Sequence record: PZ179883.1
Strand: one strand, 5' to 3'
Source of the DNA: a phage
DNA length: 64,000 nucleotides
The notes beneath the pieces are model-generated. The model searched no databases and was not told the origin of the DNA. It saw nothing but the letters and a program-made list of their open reading frames with translations. Each line of letters starts with the position of its first letter. Within the stretch, counting starts at the first letter, position 1. The position numbers and the translations under genes were made by a program. Shown one piece after another: positions 1-12,707 of this stretch.

Positions 1-1252
1 CATGTGATTTTACACCAGCTTTATCTTTTAAACCTGAACCAGCATTTACCTTAATTTTTCCACACTCTGATTCAAGAATAAATCCACCTGCTTTAGTAGG
101 GTCTTTACGGTGAGGATAAATTCCTACAATTTTTAAATCAACATCAATTACTTCTTTAAATTTATAGAGATTTTTTGAACGAGCATTTTCCCACAATCCA
201 TCGGTATTTTTGAGAATAATACCTTCAAGACCTCGGTCAATATATTTTTTATAAATTACCTTAGCTTCATCTAGGTTATTTACTACCTGGTTTTCAATTA
301 AAATTACTTTATCATATCCTGATGTCATTTGTTCTAGTTTAGAAAAACGTACATCATATTTTAAACGAAACGCCGGAAGACCGTATATTTCTACCAACGG
401 GACATAATCCCAGACCTGAAACTTCATACATTTGGCTTCTTTTTCTGAAATAGTTCCCTTTAAAGATTTATTGGCGATTCCATTAGAAGCAGTACGAGAT
501 TCAGCTACTTCAGCAAACTCTTTAACTTTACTATTTTCAGGAGAGTCAAAAAGAAAATCTAGGCCTTCTGGCTCCTTTTCAACTTGCTCATGGTATACCA
601 ATTCGCCATCAATTAACACACCTTCTGGATGAATCTGACGGACTTCAGCAGTCATTTTGATTAACTCTTCCTTAAGAAGATCTAATCCTAGATATTCATT
701 GCCAGCTCGTGATAAAAGACGAACATCATCTAATTCATCACCTCGGACTTCAGCAAAACACCGAGCTCCATCTGCTTTTAACTGCGCAAAAGCTGGAAAC
801 TTGATATTCTTACTAATGCCTTTTTCATCATAAGAACTTGCCAGCATTTGAGGTTGTTCAGGAATTAAACCTGGCCAAACTTTGTTTGCAATAGATACTG
901 AAGCACCACATTCAAGGTCTCGCATCATAACTCGACGCAAAACTTCAACATCATCCTTTTTACCATCGGTGATATACCCGATTAATTCCTCAATTGCTGC
1001 ATTTCCAGTCAATTTCCGAGTAGCTAACGTGAATTCAATGAAGTCAAGCATATCGGTAATAGTCAACATTCCAAAACTCTGGGTAGCAATACCAGGTTTA
1101 GGCCATTTCTTGATATAATACTGTAACCCACGAGAATAAGTCAGACGATATACTCGTTTAAGCAATTCATTATCTTTATTCTTTTCAAGAATTGCTTGCT
1201 TCTGCTTAGTTGATCCAATAGATGCTATTTCATTCAGAATTTTAAGAATCAT
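1..1252 (-). CDS. 30: DNA ligase gp30, N-terminal ~417 codons (3' end lies beyond the window start)
   Basis: Minus frame starts at ATG 1250-1252 (MILKILNE...) and is still open at position 2 (...KIKVNAGSGLKDKAGVKSH); matches T4 ATP-dependent ligase from memory. Confidence 0.88.
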   Translation of the reverse strand, partial: MILKILNEIASIGSTKQKQAILEKNKDNELLKRVYRLTYSRGLQYYIKKWPKPGIATQSFGMLTITDMLDFIEFTLATRKLTGNAAIEELIGYITDGKKDDVEVLRRVMMRDLECGASVSIANKVWPGLIPEQPQMLASSYDEKGISKNIKFPAFAQLKADGARCFAEVRGDELDDVRLLSRAGNEYLGLDLLKEELIKMTAEVRQIHPEGVLIDGELVYHEQVEKEPEGLDFLFDSPENSKVKEFAEVAESRTASNGIANKSLKGTISEKEAKCMKFQVWDYVPLVEIYGLPAFRLKYDVRFSKLEQMTSGYDKVILIENQVVNNLDEAKVIYKKYIDRGLEGIILKNTDGLWENARSKNLYKFKEVIDVDLKIVGIYPHRKDPTKAGGFILESECGKIKVNAGSGLKDKAGVKSH

Positions 1253-1518
1253 TGCTCATCCTTCAAGGTTTGGTTTACAGCTCTATTATAAATCAATTCA
1301 TCATTAAGCTCAGGCAAAGACCTATGATATGTAGTTCTAACTTTATTTCCTTGCATCCAATGCTTGACATAAATGAAACCTTGTTCTACACATTTTTTAA
1401 AAATTCGTTCGTCTTTTTGAGCACGGAATTCTGGATTGCATCTAAAAAATTGATTTACGTGACCGTAATCACGTGTAGTATTACCTTCATTTTCATAAAT
1501 AGTATGAACAACAAACAT
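1249..1518 (-). CDS. hypothetical protein (T4 30.1 position)
   Basis: 89-aa ORF; stop overlaps the ligase ATG (ATGA); first of nine small ORFs between ligase and rIII as in T4 30.1-30.9. Confidence 0.55.
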   Translation of the reverse strand: MFVVHTIYENEGNTTRDYGHVNQFFRCNPEFRAQKDERIFKKCVEQGFIYVKHWMQGNKVRTTYHRSLPELNDELIYNRAVNQTLKDEQ

Positions 1519-2357
1519 TAGAATGCTCCTTGGAAAATATTATCACCGCTAGTAGGTCTATTATACAAATACTCTATGCCACCAGGTTTAATGTAGTTCC
1601 ATGTCTGAAACGGATGTGTCTGATATGGATGATATAGATGATTATAAGGATTAAATCCAGGCGTTCTCCAGGTAGTGTTCCAAGGAAAAGAATCGTTTTT
1701 AACCATCTTCTCAATTAAATCTTTTATAGCTTTTTCACTATCAAAACTTTCTTTATTTTCCTTTGGTGAAAAAAGCTTATTTTCTACATCATTCCATGTA
1801 TAAACTCGCTGCGCAGTTTTTGGAATATTGTCACGCTCTCCTCGAGCCATCCAATAAACTGGAACATTTAATATTTCACTCGCATGATCGCAGTGATGGG
1901 CGAGATCGTCAATATAACAAATTACGTTATATTTCTCTTTTGCCTTTTTGAACAGCTCTTCTTTTGAAGAATCATGACCACACATCATTACTTCTGAGAA
2001 GGCACCAGGAAAAAGAGCATTCAAATTAAATTGACGATTCAACAGAGCGTCAATAGAATCACCCAATGCGGTAACAGCTACAAAATTATAATCTTCTTTT
2101 AATTTGTTAATTACACACAGGGCATCTTTATATGGAGACAAGTAACGAATAAAATCCGAACGATTGTATTTTTCAATTAACTTGACGCCAAGTTCTTCGT
2201 CACAATTAAAGAGTTTACCTGGAGAAATAAATTTCTCATCTTGGATCATTTTTAAAATATGTTCTAATGGAAGATTATATTTTTGAGCAAAATAAGGAAG
2301 GCCTGATTGCCAGCTTAAACAAACTCCATCAATATCAGTTAAAATAGTTGGCTTCAT
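1518..2357 (-). CDS. HAD-superfamily hydrolase-like protein (30.2 position)
   Basis: 279-aa ORF; N-terminal LTDIDGV resembles HAD motif I (DxDG). Confidence 0.6.
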   Translation of the reverse strand: MKPTILTDIDGVCLSWQSGLPYFAQKYNLPLEHILKMIQDEKFISPGKLFNCDEELGVKLIEKYNRSDFIRYLSPYKDALCVINKLKEDYNFVAVTALGDSIDALLNRQFNLNALFPGAFSEVMMCGHDSSKEELFKKAKEKYNVICYIDDLAHHCDHASEILNVPVYWMARGERDNIPKTAQRVYTWNDVENKLFSPKENKESFDSEKAIKDLIEKMVKNDSFPWNTTWRTPGFNPYNHLYHPYQTHPFQTWNYIKPGGIEYLYNRPTSGDNIFQGAF

Positions 2358-2818
2358 AGAGAGTCTCTTAATAGGTTTAACACATCAATAAATTCAGCTT
2401 CGGTTAGTATTGTATCATCTTTTGTTAGACCACTAGCCATGCTGTGCTTCAAAACTTTTTCTTTCGAGGCTTGTAATGCATCACGAAAGCCCCTGTTTTG
2501 GATCGCTGCTTCAAAATATGCATTTGTGTATAATTCTTTCCACGCTGGAGAGTATCTTGAAAATGGAACTCCAAGCCAGAACAACGTGCCACGGTCCTGA
2601 GCTCTAGCATAAGATCTTCCAGCTTGTCGGGCGGCAAGCCCGGATAACCCAAATATACGTCTTTGCTGTTCAACATTTTTCACCTTACATCCTTGGAGGA
2701 ATCCTTCGAGACCTCCAAATTGAATACCGTCCATAACAAAAGGCCATTGAGCGAAATTACTTAATGCACATGATGGCCATCTAAAATTGCTTCTTATCTC
2801 TAGCTCAGACATTTTCAA
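2354..2818 (-). CDS. hypothetical protein (30.3 position)
   Basis: 154-aa ORF, start/stop coupled to neighbours. Confidence 0.55.
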   Translation of the reverse strand: MKMSELEIRSNFRWPSCALSNFAQWPFVMDGIQFGGLEGFLQGCKVKNVEQQRRIFGLSGLAARQAGRSYARAQDRGTLFWLGVPFSRYSPAWKELYTNAYFEAAIQNRGFRDALQASKEKVLKHSMASGLTKDDTILTEAEFIDVLNLLRDSL

Positions 2819-3011
2819 TACTTATAATTTCAACATCAGCCCAATGACCATAGCAAGGAAGACGAAATTCAACTGGCCAGTTAGGGTCCTTTTCTAATAT
2901 AATAGACTCAACTTGTGGTTCTTCATGTTCATCAGTATATGGATTTTTATCTGTTACTTTATATGTGACCTTAATGTACTGAATTCCAAAAATCTTATTA
3001 ATTATATTCAT
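2805..3011 (-). CDS. hypothetical protein
   Basis: 68-aa ORF in operon-like array. Confidence 0.45.
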   Translation of the reverse strand: MNIINKIFGIQYIKVTYKVTDKNPYTDEHEEPQVESIILEKDPNWPVEFRLPCYGHWADVEIISIENV

Positions 3012-3205
3012 ACTAATTCCTTTAATCCGTAAATAGGAGATAATTCATCACCCATACGAAGGTCTTCATTTCCATCTAACCAGGAAACAATATAAGCCTC
3101 TTTTATTTGAATACCACTCCATTTAAATGGAGGTAGAACCTTAGAAATTAATCCAGGTATACCAACTCCCTTTAATTCAACAGTTTGACCTAAAAAGAAT
3201 TTCAT
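3008..3205 (-). CDS. hypothetical protein
   Basis: 65-aa ORF, ATGA overlap with upstream ORF. Confidence 0.45.
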   Translation of the reverse strand: MKFFLGQTVELKGVGIPGLISKVLPPFKWSGIQIKEAYIVSWLDGNEDLRMGDELSPIYGLKELV

Positions 3206-3492
3206 TAGAACCTCATCTGAAAGCCGTGCGATTTAACATTACCGCCGCCAATATCAGAAATATTAATTTCACGCGCAATTGAAGGGTCAATGTCAATTTC
3301 ACGATTAAGTTTAGTGATAGCTAAAGTATCACGCCCATTTACAGTACGGAACTCTAAAGGGCAGACTACATTAACATAGTTTTTAATCGATTCACTAGTA
3401 GGCTGCAAATGAGCAGGAAGGTCTTTAGGCGCCTTAGAGAAAACCACTTCACAGAAATTTTTGCGGGTATCAAAATAAGTAGTCATAAACAT
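3205..3492 (-). CDS. hypothetical protein
   Basis: 95-aa ORF preceded by GAGGAAAA RBS just downstream of a UUCG hairpin. Confidence 0.5.
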   Translation of the reverse strand: MFMTTYFDTRKNFCEVVFSKAPKDLPAHLQPTSESIKNYVNVVCPLEFRTVNGRDTLAITKLNREIDIDPSIAREINISDIGGGNVKSHGFQMRF

Positions 3493-3509
3493 AGTATTTT
3501 CCTCAGTAA

Positions 3510-3523
3510 GGGGCCGAAGCCCC
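3510..3523 (-). other. intercistronic UUCG-tetraloop hairpin
   Basis: Minus strand GGGGC-UUCG-GCCCC between an ORF stop and the next RBS, no U-tract. Confidence 0.5.
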
Positions 3524-3533
3524 TCATTTTATT

Positions 3534-3899
3534 TTAAATATCAAATTCGTTAAGAACTACATCAAAGATTGCTTCAAGATGCTCAGGTTTAGCTCTGTTA
3601 CTCAGAATATGACGAATCCAAGTTTTAACCAGAAGCTTGCGATTAACACCATTCCAGCAAGGATGAGTCCCTAAATCGCGTTGACGAAAATCATCATCTA
3701 AAGCGATTTTGAAGTTGGAACCTTCCATTGTGATTGAAACCGTGATGCCATTTTCAAATCGTATATAAACGTAGTTAGGAGTCATATACTGTTCAATTTC
3801 GCATACTGATCCATTTTGATGTTTCCAAAGGCAGATAGTATCAATAGAACCTGCAATACCGTTAGAAACATATTTACGTTCAAAGTTGATGTAGTTCAT
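3534..3899 (-). CDS. hypothetical protein
   Basis: 121-aa ORF. Confidence 0.5.
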   Translation of the reverse strand: MNYINFERKYVSNGIAGSIDTICLWKHQNGSVCEIEQYMTPNYVYIRFENGITVSITMEGSNFKIALDDDFRQRDLGTHPCWNGVNRKLLVKTWIRHILSNRAKPEHLEAIFDVVLNEFDI

Positions 3900-3967
3900 T
3901 TTTATTCTCCGAGATGTTTAATTGCGGTACAGGTATATAATATCATATCCTGTACCAAAGTAAACAA

Positions 3968-4300
3968 TTATTTTACTACTTTCCAGTGCTGCATGTCAAG
4001 TTTGCCAACTTTTTTCATCTTCTCAATTAAGCGTTCTGCACGTTGGCGAGCTGTAACATAATACCATTCACCTAATTCATTTTGTTCAATTTTTCCAACG
4101 ATTACTGTATTCAATTCATAAATCCAACCAGTAAAGAAATTATGAACTTGAATTGTAAAGGTGAAATCTGTTCCCATACCTTCTGTTGTTTCTACTTCAA
4201 TAATATCACCTTCAACTGCCATTAAGAACCACATAGTTTCATCATATTTACCATTGAAACATTTAGTTTTAATTGTAGCGTTCAGATTAATCGTTTTCAT
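3968..4300 (-). CDS. hypothetical protein
   Basis: 110-aa ORF; AAAGGAGAATAAAATG RBS; early-promoter motif immediately upstream. Confidence 0.55.
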   Translation of the reverse strand: MKTINLNATIKTKCFNGKYDETMWFLMAVEGDIIEVETTEGMGTDFTFTIQVHNFFTGWIYELNTVIVGKIEQNELGEWYYVTARQRAERLIEKMKKVGKLDMQHWKVVK

Positions 4301-4327
4301 TTTATTCTCCTTTGTTTGTGTAAGATA

Positions 4328-4356
4328 ATACTATCACAAAGGAACCACACTGTAAA
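4328..4356 (-). promoter_or_regulatory. early promoter (T4-type sigma-70)
   Basis: Minus strand: TTTACA, 17-nt spacer, TAGTAT; lies between a terminator and the next ORF. Confidence 0.5.
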
Positions 4357-4380
4357 CAACTTTGTGCAATCTTTGGAAAA

Positions 4381-4405
4381 TAAAAAAGGACTCCCGAAGG
4401 AGTCC
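4381..4405 (-). terminator. rho-independent terminator with UUCG tetraloop
   Basis: Minus strand GGACUCC-UUCG-GGAGUCC followed by UUUUUU; downstream of the 30.9-position ORF. Confidence 0.6.
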
Positions 4406-4410
4406 TCAAC

Positions 4411-4587
4411 TTATGCTTTCTGCTTACCAAAACGAGAAGCATCATCTCGAAGAACCGCACGTGCTCGGCGCATGATCTTCTCAACAGTTTGATTGATACG
4501 AGAGTTCGACCCACGCTTGTAGCCAGCGCGTTTAGAATCACCAACTTTCTTTTCAACTGCTTTCTTTGCTTTAGCTTGTTTTGCCAT
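4411..4587 (-). CDS. small basic protein (30.9 position)
   Basis: Lys/Arg-rich ORF; start placed at the internal ATG (MAKQAKAKK...), the track start at 4629 has no RBS. Confidence 0.45.
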   Translation of the reverse strand: MAKQAKAKKAVEKKVGDSKRAGYKRGSNSRINQTVEKIMRRARAVLRDDASRFGKQKA

Positions 4588-4707
4588 TATAAATTCTCTT
4601 TTAAATGAAAATGCAGGACTTATTGGCATTGCCTGCGCAAGCCCTCAAGGGGAACATAGGTTTTTGAATATTTAACGACCAGGATAACCATAAACCCGTC
4701 ATCATAC

Positions 4708-4956
4708 TTACTTCAGTGTTACCACAAAGTGACGAACTGCTTTTCGTGCGGCAGAAGCCAAAGGCTTAGCATATTTAAGTTCATCTTTTTCCTGAAGCTC
4801 AGCAGCTAATGCAGTTTGAGCAGGATTCAGATGTTTGAAATAACGCAGGATTTCAAGAGCTTCGGCTTCAACATCAATAGATGCGCCATAGTTTTCGTGA
4901 CCATTATTCCATGCGTTTCGTTGCAGTTCAAGAGCGTGTTGTAATTGTTTAATCAT
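4708..4956 (-). CDS. rIII: lysis-inhibition accessory protein rIII
   Basis: 82-aa ORF MIKQLQHALELQRNAWNNGHENYG... matches T4 rIII from memory; located between gene 31 and the 30.x ORFs. Confidence 0.85.
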   Translation of the reverse strand: MIKQLQHALELQRNAWNNGHENYGASIDVEAEALEILRYFKHLNPAQTALAAELQEKDELKYAKPLASAARKAVRHFVVTLK

Positions 4957-5096
4957 TTAAAAATTCTCGTTAGAGATTAAAACTCGGTAGTCACGTTCTT
5001 CTGAATTTCATCTTCTTTCGACAGATCTCTCAGTTGTAGACTACCACGTAGAATTGTTCGGTTAACTTATTATTCCGACACCCAATTCATATTATT

Positions 5097-5104
5097 ATTT
5101 ATAT
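5097..5104 (-). promoter_or_regulatory. candidate late promoter TATAAATA upstream of rIII
   Basis: Minus-strand TATAAATA at the 3' end of gene 31, ~140 nt before rIII. Confidence 0.35.
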
Positions 5105-5439
5105 CACTTATAAAGACACGGAATAGCTTTATAGTGACAGGTAACGAATTTTTGTTTAATTTCTTTTGGCTGCTTAAGTCCCAGAGCTACAAAAGGATGC
5201 GGAACGTTTCGAATTTGACCAACTGGAAGAGAAGTCAAATCACCAACTTCGCAGAAACCTTCAGGAACATCAGGACCAACGGAGTGAACTACACACAGTT
5301 CAGGAACTTCACCTTGAACACGTTTACCGATAATAAGTCCTGATTCTGTAACTTCTTCATCACCGGCTTGCGCAGGTTCAGAAACTAAAATAACGTATTC
5401 ACCGACAGCACGAATTGGTAGCTGTTGTACTTCAGACAT
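5104..5439 (-). CDS. 31: gp31 co-chaperonin (GroES-like) for capsid protein folding
   Basis: 111-aa [24 protein letters not shown]... matches T4 gp31. Confidence 0.9.
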
Positions 5440-5468
5440 CGTTTTTCCTTTTTGTTAACAGATGAATT

Positions 5469-5496
5469 AATAATAACAAATAATTCTTAAAGCATT
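5469..5496 (-). promoter_or_regulatory. candidate MotA-dependent middle promoter for gene 31
   Basis: Minus-strand AAATGCTTTA (MotA box) followed 12 nt later by TATTAT, ~30 nt before the gene 31 ATG. Confidence 0.5.
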
Positions 5497-5804
5497 TATT
5501 TACCAATAAATTGAAGCAAATGCTCAACTTTCATACCATTAACGGAAATCAATTTGTCAATAGAAAAACCTCGCCATGCACCAAGCTCAACATCAAATAC
5601 TGGAATCATATCAGTAGATTCTTTCCGAGTAGATTCAGTCAATTTACCGGTTTGCATGGTTGGCATAAAATCGGCATCACGAGTACCTTTCATAGTACGA
5701 ATAGTACCATCAGACTTTTCAAAAACTATGTTTGAAACCCCCATGGACAATTTAGTTTTCAAAATTTCACGAATTGCTACTTTTTGTTCAGTTGTCAGTT
5801 TCAT
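5496..5804 (-). CDS. hypothetical protein
   Basis: 102-aa ORF between gene 31 and cd. Confidence 0.5.
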   Translation of the reverse strand: MKLTTEQKVAIREILKTKLSMGVSNIVFEKSDGTIRTMKGTRDADFMPTMQTGKLTESTRKESTDMIPVFDVELGAWRGFSIDKLISVNGMKVEHLLQFIGK

Positions 5805-6041
5805 TTATTTACCTATTACAGTTTTAATATGGGTTGTTCCACGTTCTTTAAGAGTGGAAAGCAATTTTTGGCATTTTTCTAAATCAGATTTCCAACTATA
5901 CGGCCTATCAATACTAGTCCAATCAGTTTTATAATACTGTTTCCATTTAGAGAAAAAATACTTCTTATACTCTACAGCAAATGAAATGTTCTCATTAGAA
6001 TAAGAACTAATTGCTGTGAGCTGTACCAAACGAAATTTCAT
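5805..6041 (-). CDS. hypothetical protein
   Basis: 78-aa ORF, stop abuts the cd start. Confidence 0.45.
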   Translation of the reverse strand: MKFRLVQLTAISSYSNENISFAVEYKKYFFSKWKQYYKTDWTSIDRPYSWKSDLEKCQKLLSTLKERGTTHIKTVIGK

Positions 6042-6622
6042 TATTCACCACAGAATTCGTTGATATTTTCCCAGTTTAACTTATTTAAGTTTTTCTTAGG
6101 AACATTAAACACTTCAATACCTGCATTTCGCAGAATATCATCCCAGCCAGGTTTATTTTTATCGTATGTTTCGCAATAAACCAGCTTTTTAATACCAGAT
6201 TGAGCTATCGCTTTTGCACAATCTGGGCAAGGAGAAAGTGTTACATACATAGTAGCACCTTCAATTGAAGAACCGTTTCGTGCAGCAAACAAAATCGCAT
6301 TTAGTTCAGCATGAATTTCATTTTTAGACGACCATTCAGAGTGCGCGCTACGGTGTTCTTTCGCCAAGACAAAACGATCAGTTGAACCAAATGATACACA
6401 TTCAGGCTTATGACCTTGAATGATAGTATGTTTAGGCTTATTCAACAACCAGCCTTGTTCAGCAGCATAATCGCAGCAATTCACACCACCAGCAGGTGAA
6501 CCATTATATCCGGTAGAAATAATGCGTCCGTTCTTTTCAATTACTGCTCCTACCTTCCAGGAGCAACATTTTGATTCTTGTGATACTAAATATGCAATTT
6601 GAAGTACTGTACTCGCTTTCAT
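6041..6622 (-). CDS. cd: dCMP deaminase
   Basis: 193-aa ORF with cytidine/dCMP deaminase zinc motifs (HAE ... PCxxC). Confidence 0.9.
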   Translation of the reverse strand: MKASTVLQIAYLVSQESKCCSWKVGAVIEKNGRIISTGYNGSPAGGVNCCDYAAEQGWLLNKPKHTIIQGHKPECVSFGSTDRFVLAKEHRSAHSEWSSKNEIHAELNAILFAARNGSSIEGATMYVTLSPCPDCAKAIAQSGIKKLVYCETYDKNKPGWDDILRNAGIEVFNVPKKNLNKLNWENINEFCGE

Positions 6623-6957
6623 TTCATAATCACCAGATAAGCAGATTTAGCAGTTTCAACACGATAAATTTCGTGACGAAGTTTAGTTATACTTTTAATA
6701 ACAGAACTAATTATATTCTGCCCATCTTTAAAGCGGTTTTTCTTATCAATAAAAATTACGCCAACCATCTTTTTGTGAAGCTCAACTGGATACTTCGTCA
6801 CAATAATAGCATCATACACAGAAGGATGAATACTATTCACTAGAGTGTCATTCATTAAAGTTATTCTAATGAACTGTGCTGTTTCAGAATCAAGCGCTCT
6901 ATGATCGCCAGTATCATTTTCAAGACAATTATCAATTATATCAGTTAAATTCATCAT
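6619..6957 (-). CDS. hypothetical protein
   Basis: 112-aa ORF. Confidence 0.5.
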   Translation of the reverse strand: MMNLTDIIDNCLENDTGDHRALDSETAQFIRITLMNDTLVNSIHPSVYDAIIVTKYPVELHKKMVGVIFIDKKNRFKDGQNIISSVIKSITKLRHEIYRVETAKSAYLVIMK

Positions 6958-7190
6958 AGTACGCCATACACCCTTTGTGCTTCAACTAATCCATCAAAAT
7001 CCAGTTTAAGATGTGTTATTTGGTCACCATCACCTGGATTCACAATTACTAATACTGAACGAGGAGTTTCGGTAATAACACGAACCGACGTTTCAGGAAA
7101 TCGTTCAGAAACCTTATTTACCAATTCTTGAGCAAATAGTTTAACTTTTTCTTGGAATTCTTTAACAGTAATTGGTTTTTCGCTTAGCAT
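6954..7190 (-). CDS. hypothetical protein
   Basis: 78-aa ORF. Confidence 0.45.
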   Translation of the reverse strand: MLSEKPITVKEFQEKVKLFAQELVNKVSERFPETSVRVITETPRSVLVIVNPGDGDQITHLKLDFDGLVEAQRVYGVL

Positions 7191-7711
7191 GTTGATCCTA
7201 GCTCCTTACTTTCAACGTTTTTAACTAATTTGACAGAAACTAATTCAGCATCTTGGGTAATCATTACCGGGCCTTCTTCATACTCTTCAAGATATTCTAG
7301 AGCTTTCTTTTTAGCTTCTTCCTTCGTATCAGTTTGAGCATAGATATAAAACATACAACCAGTAATACCTACTACTTTCCACTTAATTTCTTTATCAGTT
7401 TTAATTTCAAATTTACTGATAGAGTCATCTTTTTGAACTTCTTCGAAAAAATAATATTCTGACATATAAGTAATTGAAAATAGCGGGCTATCTTTATAAG
7501 ATTCGCCCATTACATCAACAGCTTTATACCAGCAATCGTCAATTTCGCGTTTAATGCTAATAACATTTTTCGCAGGATCTATTTTTACTTTAAATGAATT
7601 TTCCCCAATAAACTGAGCAATTCGTTTATTAGCCCCGCAAGTTTCATTAAAAATATCTTTATATCCAGCTTTAAAGCGATAAACCTTATCTTCTTCAAAC
7701 CATTCGCTCAT
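7184..7711 (-). CDS. hypothetical protein
   Basis: 175-aa ORF with early-promoter motif upstream. Confidence 0.5.
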   Translation of the reverse strand: MSEWFEEDKVYRFKAGYKDIFNETCGANKRIAQFIGENSFKVKIDPAKNVISIKREIDDCWYKAVDVMGESYKDSPLFSITYMSEYYFFEEVQKDDSISKFEIKTDKEIKWKVVGITGCMFYIYAQTDTKEEAKKKALEYLEEYEEGPVMITQDAELVSVKLVKNVESKELGSTC

Positions 7712-7741
7712 TTCAATTTCCTCATTTGTTTTGGTAGAGCT

Positions 7742-7770
7742 ATAATATCACAACTCTACCGTAAAGTAAA
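7742..7770 (-). promoter_or_regulatory. early promoter (T4-type sigma-70)
   Basis: Minus strand: TTTACT, 17 nt, TATTAT; upstream of ORF 7184..7711. Confidence 0.5.
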
Positions 7771-7773
7771 CTA

Positions 7774-8049
7774 TTAAATTGCTTTGAATTCTGATGTCTG
7801 TGATTCAAAACGAATATCGCCTTTGATGACTAGCTCAGCATCAAGACCGAATACGACAATGATATGCGCGGAACCTGGATACAGCGTAATGGCGATAGAA
7901 TCAACCTGGTCTGGAAGCAAAGTGTTCAATACATGAGTCACTTGAGCATGAATTCGAAGCTCAGCTGCATTATCAAGCTTTTCAAACATGTTATTAGCGA
8001 TAATTTGACTAAACACTACTTCTACGATTTTAGAATAAGTCGGAAACAT
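7774..8049 (-). CDS. hypothetical protein
   Basis: 91-aa ORF. Confidence 0.45.
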   Translation of the reverse strand: MFPTYSKIVEVVFSQIIANNMFEKLDNAAELRIHAQVTHVLNTLLPDQVDSIAITLYPGSAHIIVVFGLDAELVIKGDIRFESQTSEFKAI

Positions 8050-8051
8050 AT

Positions 8052-8252
8052 TTACCTCACATAATTTTCTTCAAGCCAATCAATAACATCCAACGCATTA
8101 TCAAAAGTTGAACCATCTACTTTGTCTTCTGTTTCATAATCAAGAACATCTAAACCCACTCTTCCATCAACAATAGGCCATAAACAAAATAGATATTTCT
8201 TTTCTTTTTCAATTTTATCACAAAGTCGATAAATCTTTTCTATGTTATTCAT
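8052..8252 (-). CDS. hypothetical protein
   Basis: 66-aa ORF. Confidence 0.4.
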   Translation of the reverse strand: MNNIEKIYRLCDKIEKEKKYLFCLWPIVDGRVGLDVLDYETEDKVDGSTFDNALDVIDWLEENYVR

Positions 8253-8441
8253 AAGTTTTCCATGGTAAAGGCAGTTTAGTTTTCTTTACTGTTAGTTCAA
8301 CATCAGGATTCTTTTCTCTTAATTTAAGACATTCCTCCCAAGCCCTAATTTCACTAGTGAATACACAAAATTGCCCATTACTAGTACCAACTAAACCGCT
8401 ATTTACAATAACAATAGCCCAAGTTTCATGATGCAAAGCCA

Positions 8442-8442
<1 letters not shown>
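8245..8442 (-). CDS. hypothetical protein
   Basis: 65-aa ORF. Confidence 0.4.
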
Positions 8443-9663
<1,221 letters not shown>

Positions 9664-9667
<4 letters not shown>

Positions 9668-9894
9668 TTATTTTTCTCAACCAATGATTGAATATAATCA
9701 TGCAGATCTTTAGATGCTTTACCCCATTTATTTTGGTATTCATTTTTAAGATTAGCCCGAGATTGAGCTAATAAAACATCATTAGTTGGAGGTAAAGATT
9801 CTAATCGTTGAATCTGACGTCCATAAATCATTGCAGCCATCTCTGATTCATAAATCAATCCTTTGAGATGTTCAAATTGATGCCATGAAATCAT
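9664..9894 (-). CDS. hypothetical protein
   Basis: 76-aa ORF. Confidence 0.45.
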
Positions 9895-10190
9895 TTACAT
9901 TTATCCTCTTTTAGCTCTTGACGATAATAACATATCATAGTTTTTTGGTCATGTACATATCGTTTTACATCATTAAGCCAAATACGAAATTCCTGGGAAT
10001 CTTCAAATGGCATACCGACCCAAGCTTTACCATCAATAACTTTAACTTGCCAAGATAGTTTAGCTTCATCATATGACTTTATTTGCACAGGCCAATTAGG
10101 ATGAACTGTTTCTTTCTTTACTTCTAGAGGCTTTGTCGAACAACCAACTAGAAGACCAATAGATAATATTACTGCTGATAGTTTAATCAT
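9891..10190 (-). CDS. putative lipoprotein
   Basis: Signal peptide followed by lipobox-like LVGC (MIKLSAVILSIGLLVGCS). Confidence 0.5.
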   Translation of the reverse strand: MIKLSAVILSIGLLVGCSTKPLEVKKETVHPNWPVQIKSYDEAKLSWQVKVIDGKAWVGMPFEDSQEFRIWLNDVKRYVHDQKTMICYYRQELKEDKCK

Positions 10191-10540
10191 TTAGAAAGGT
10201 CCTGGATGTCTTCTGCGAACTTGTTGAAGGAGTTATTGATTTGTTTTTCAACCAATCCTGGCTTATGAGCCACCACATCCGCCTTCTTTGCATCTTTGCG
10301 CAGTTTTTCATTTTCACGCTCAATAGCAGCAATTGCCTCACGATTTTTATTATTCATCGCATCAATATAATTATACTGAATTCGCAAATTATCTAATGCT
10401 AAAGCGTTTTCATTGGCCGTTTTTGTAATTTCAGTAACCGATGTTTCTAATCTTTCTACCTTATTTTTTAAAATAATAGATGTTCCGCCAAATGCTATTA
10501 CAAGTAATAGCAATCCAGCTGTAAAATTACTTACATGCAT
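10187..10540 (-). CDS. membrane-anchored coiled-coil protein
   Basis: N-terminal hydrophobic helix then charged heptad-like sequence. Confidence 0.45.
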   Translation of the reverse strand: MHVSNFTAGLLLLVIAFGGTSIILKNKVERLETSVTEITKTANENALALDNLRIQYNYIDAMNNKNREAIAAIERENEKLRKDAKKADVVAHKPGLVEKQINNSFNKFAEDIQDLSK

Positions 10541-11034
10541 AAAGTTTTAATAACCTCTACAATATCGTCTTGAGAAAGACCGTTAATTAAAATATGATGT
10601 TCAGCTGGAGATTTAGAAATTTTAAAGCATGCCTCAACATCTTCTGCCATATCCGATGCGCTACGATTTGGATTGCTAATTCCAAGACGATGTTTTCCCG
10701 TCAAAGGATTAACGATGATGTAGCATTTACAGCTATTAATGTGAACATTAGGTTGAGTCTGATTAATGAATACTTCGCAATCATATTTCGCAAGCTGATT
10801 TTCTAAAAAGACTTTCATCTCCTCAACCGCATCAGGAAGCATATCACGGGCTTGCTCAAGACGACGATTTCGATATTCTTTAATGGTCGTTTTCCGCTTG
10901 ACTTGCTTAGCTAAATCTTTCTTAAGATCGGTGATATATCCAACTCGACGATTTCCTTTAAATACAGAAATCCCATCTGTAGTATCACCATATGCTTCAA
11001 CGACCATTTCAGTAGTAATAAGCTGTAAATCCAT
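10531..11034 (-). CDS. alc: Alc, host transcription terminator for dC-containing DNA
   Basis: 167 aa from the second Met (MDLQLITTEMVVEAYGD...) matches T4 Alc; adjacent to rnlA as in T4. Confidence 0.85.
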   Translation of the reverse strand: MDLQLITTEMVVEAYGDTTDGISVFKGNRRVGYITDLKKDLAKQVKRKTTIKEYRNRRLEQARDMLPDAVEEMKVFLENQLAKYDCEVFINQTQPNVHINSCKCYIIVNPLTGKHRLGISNPNRSASDMAEDVEACFKISKSPAEHHILINGLSQDDIVEVIKTLCM

Positions 11035-11097
11035 CATAAAGCCCTCATGTTATGTCAGTAAGTCTACTATAACACAACACGAGGGACTTGTAAACAG

Positions 11098-12685
<1,588 letters not shown>

Positions 12686-12693
12686 AATAAAAT

Positions 12694-12707
12694 GGGCCTT
12701 GCGGCCC
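12694..12707 (-). other. GC-rich hairpin between the denA Shine-Dalgarno sequence and start codon
   Basis: Minus strand AAGGAG-U-GGGCC-GCAA-GGCCC-AUUUUAUU-AUG. Confidence 0.45.
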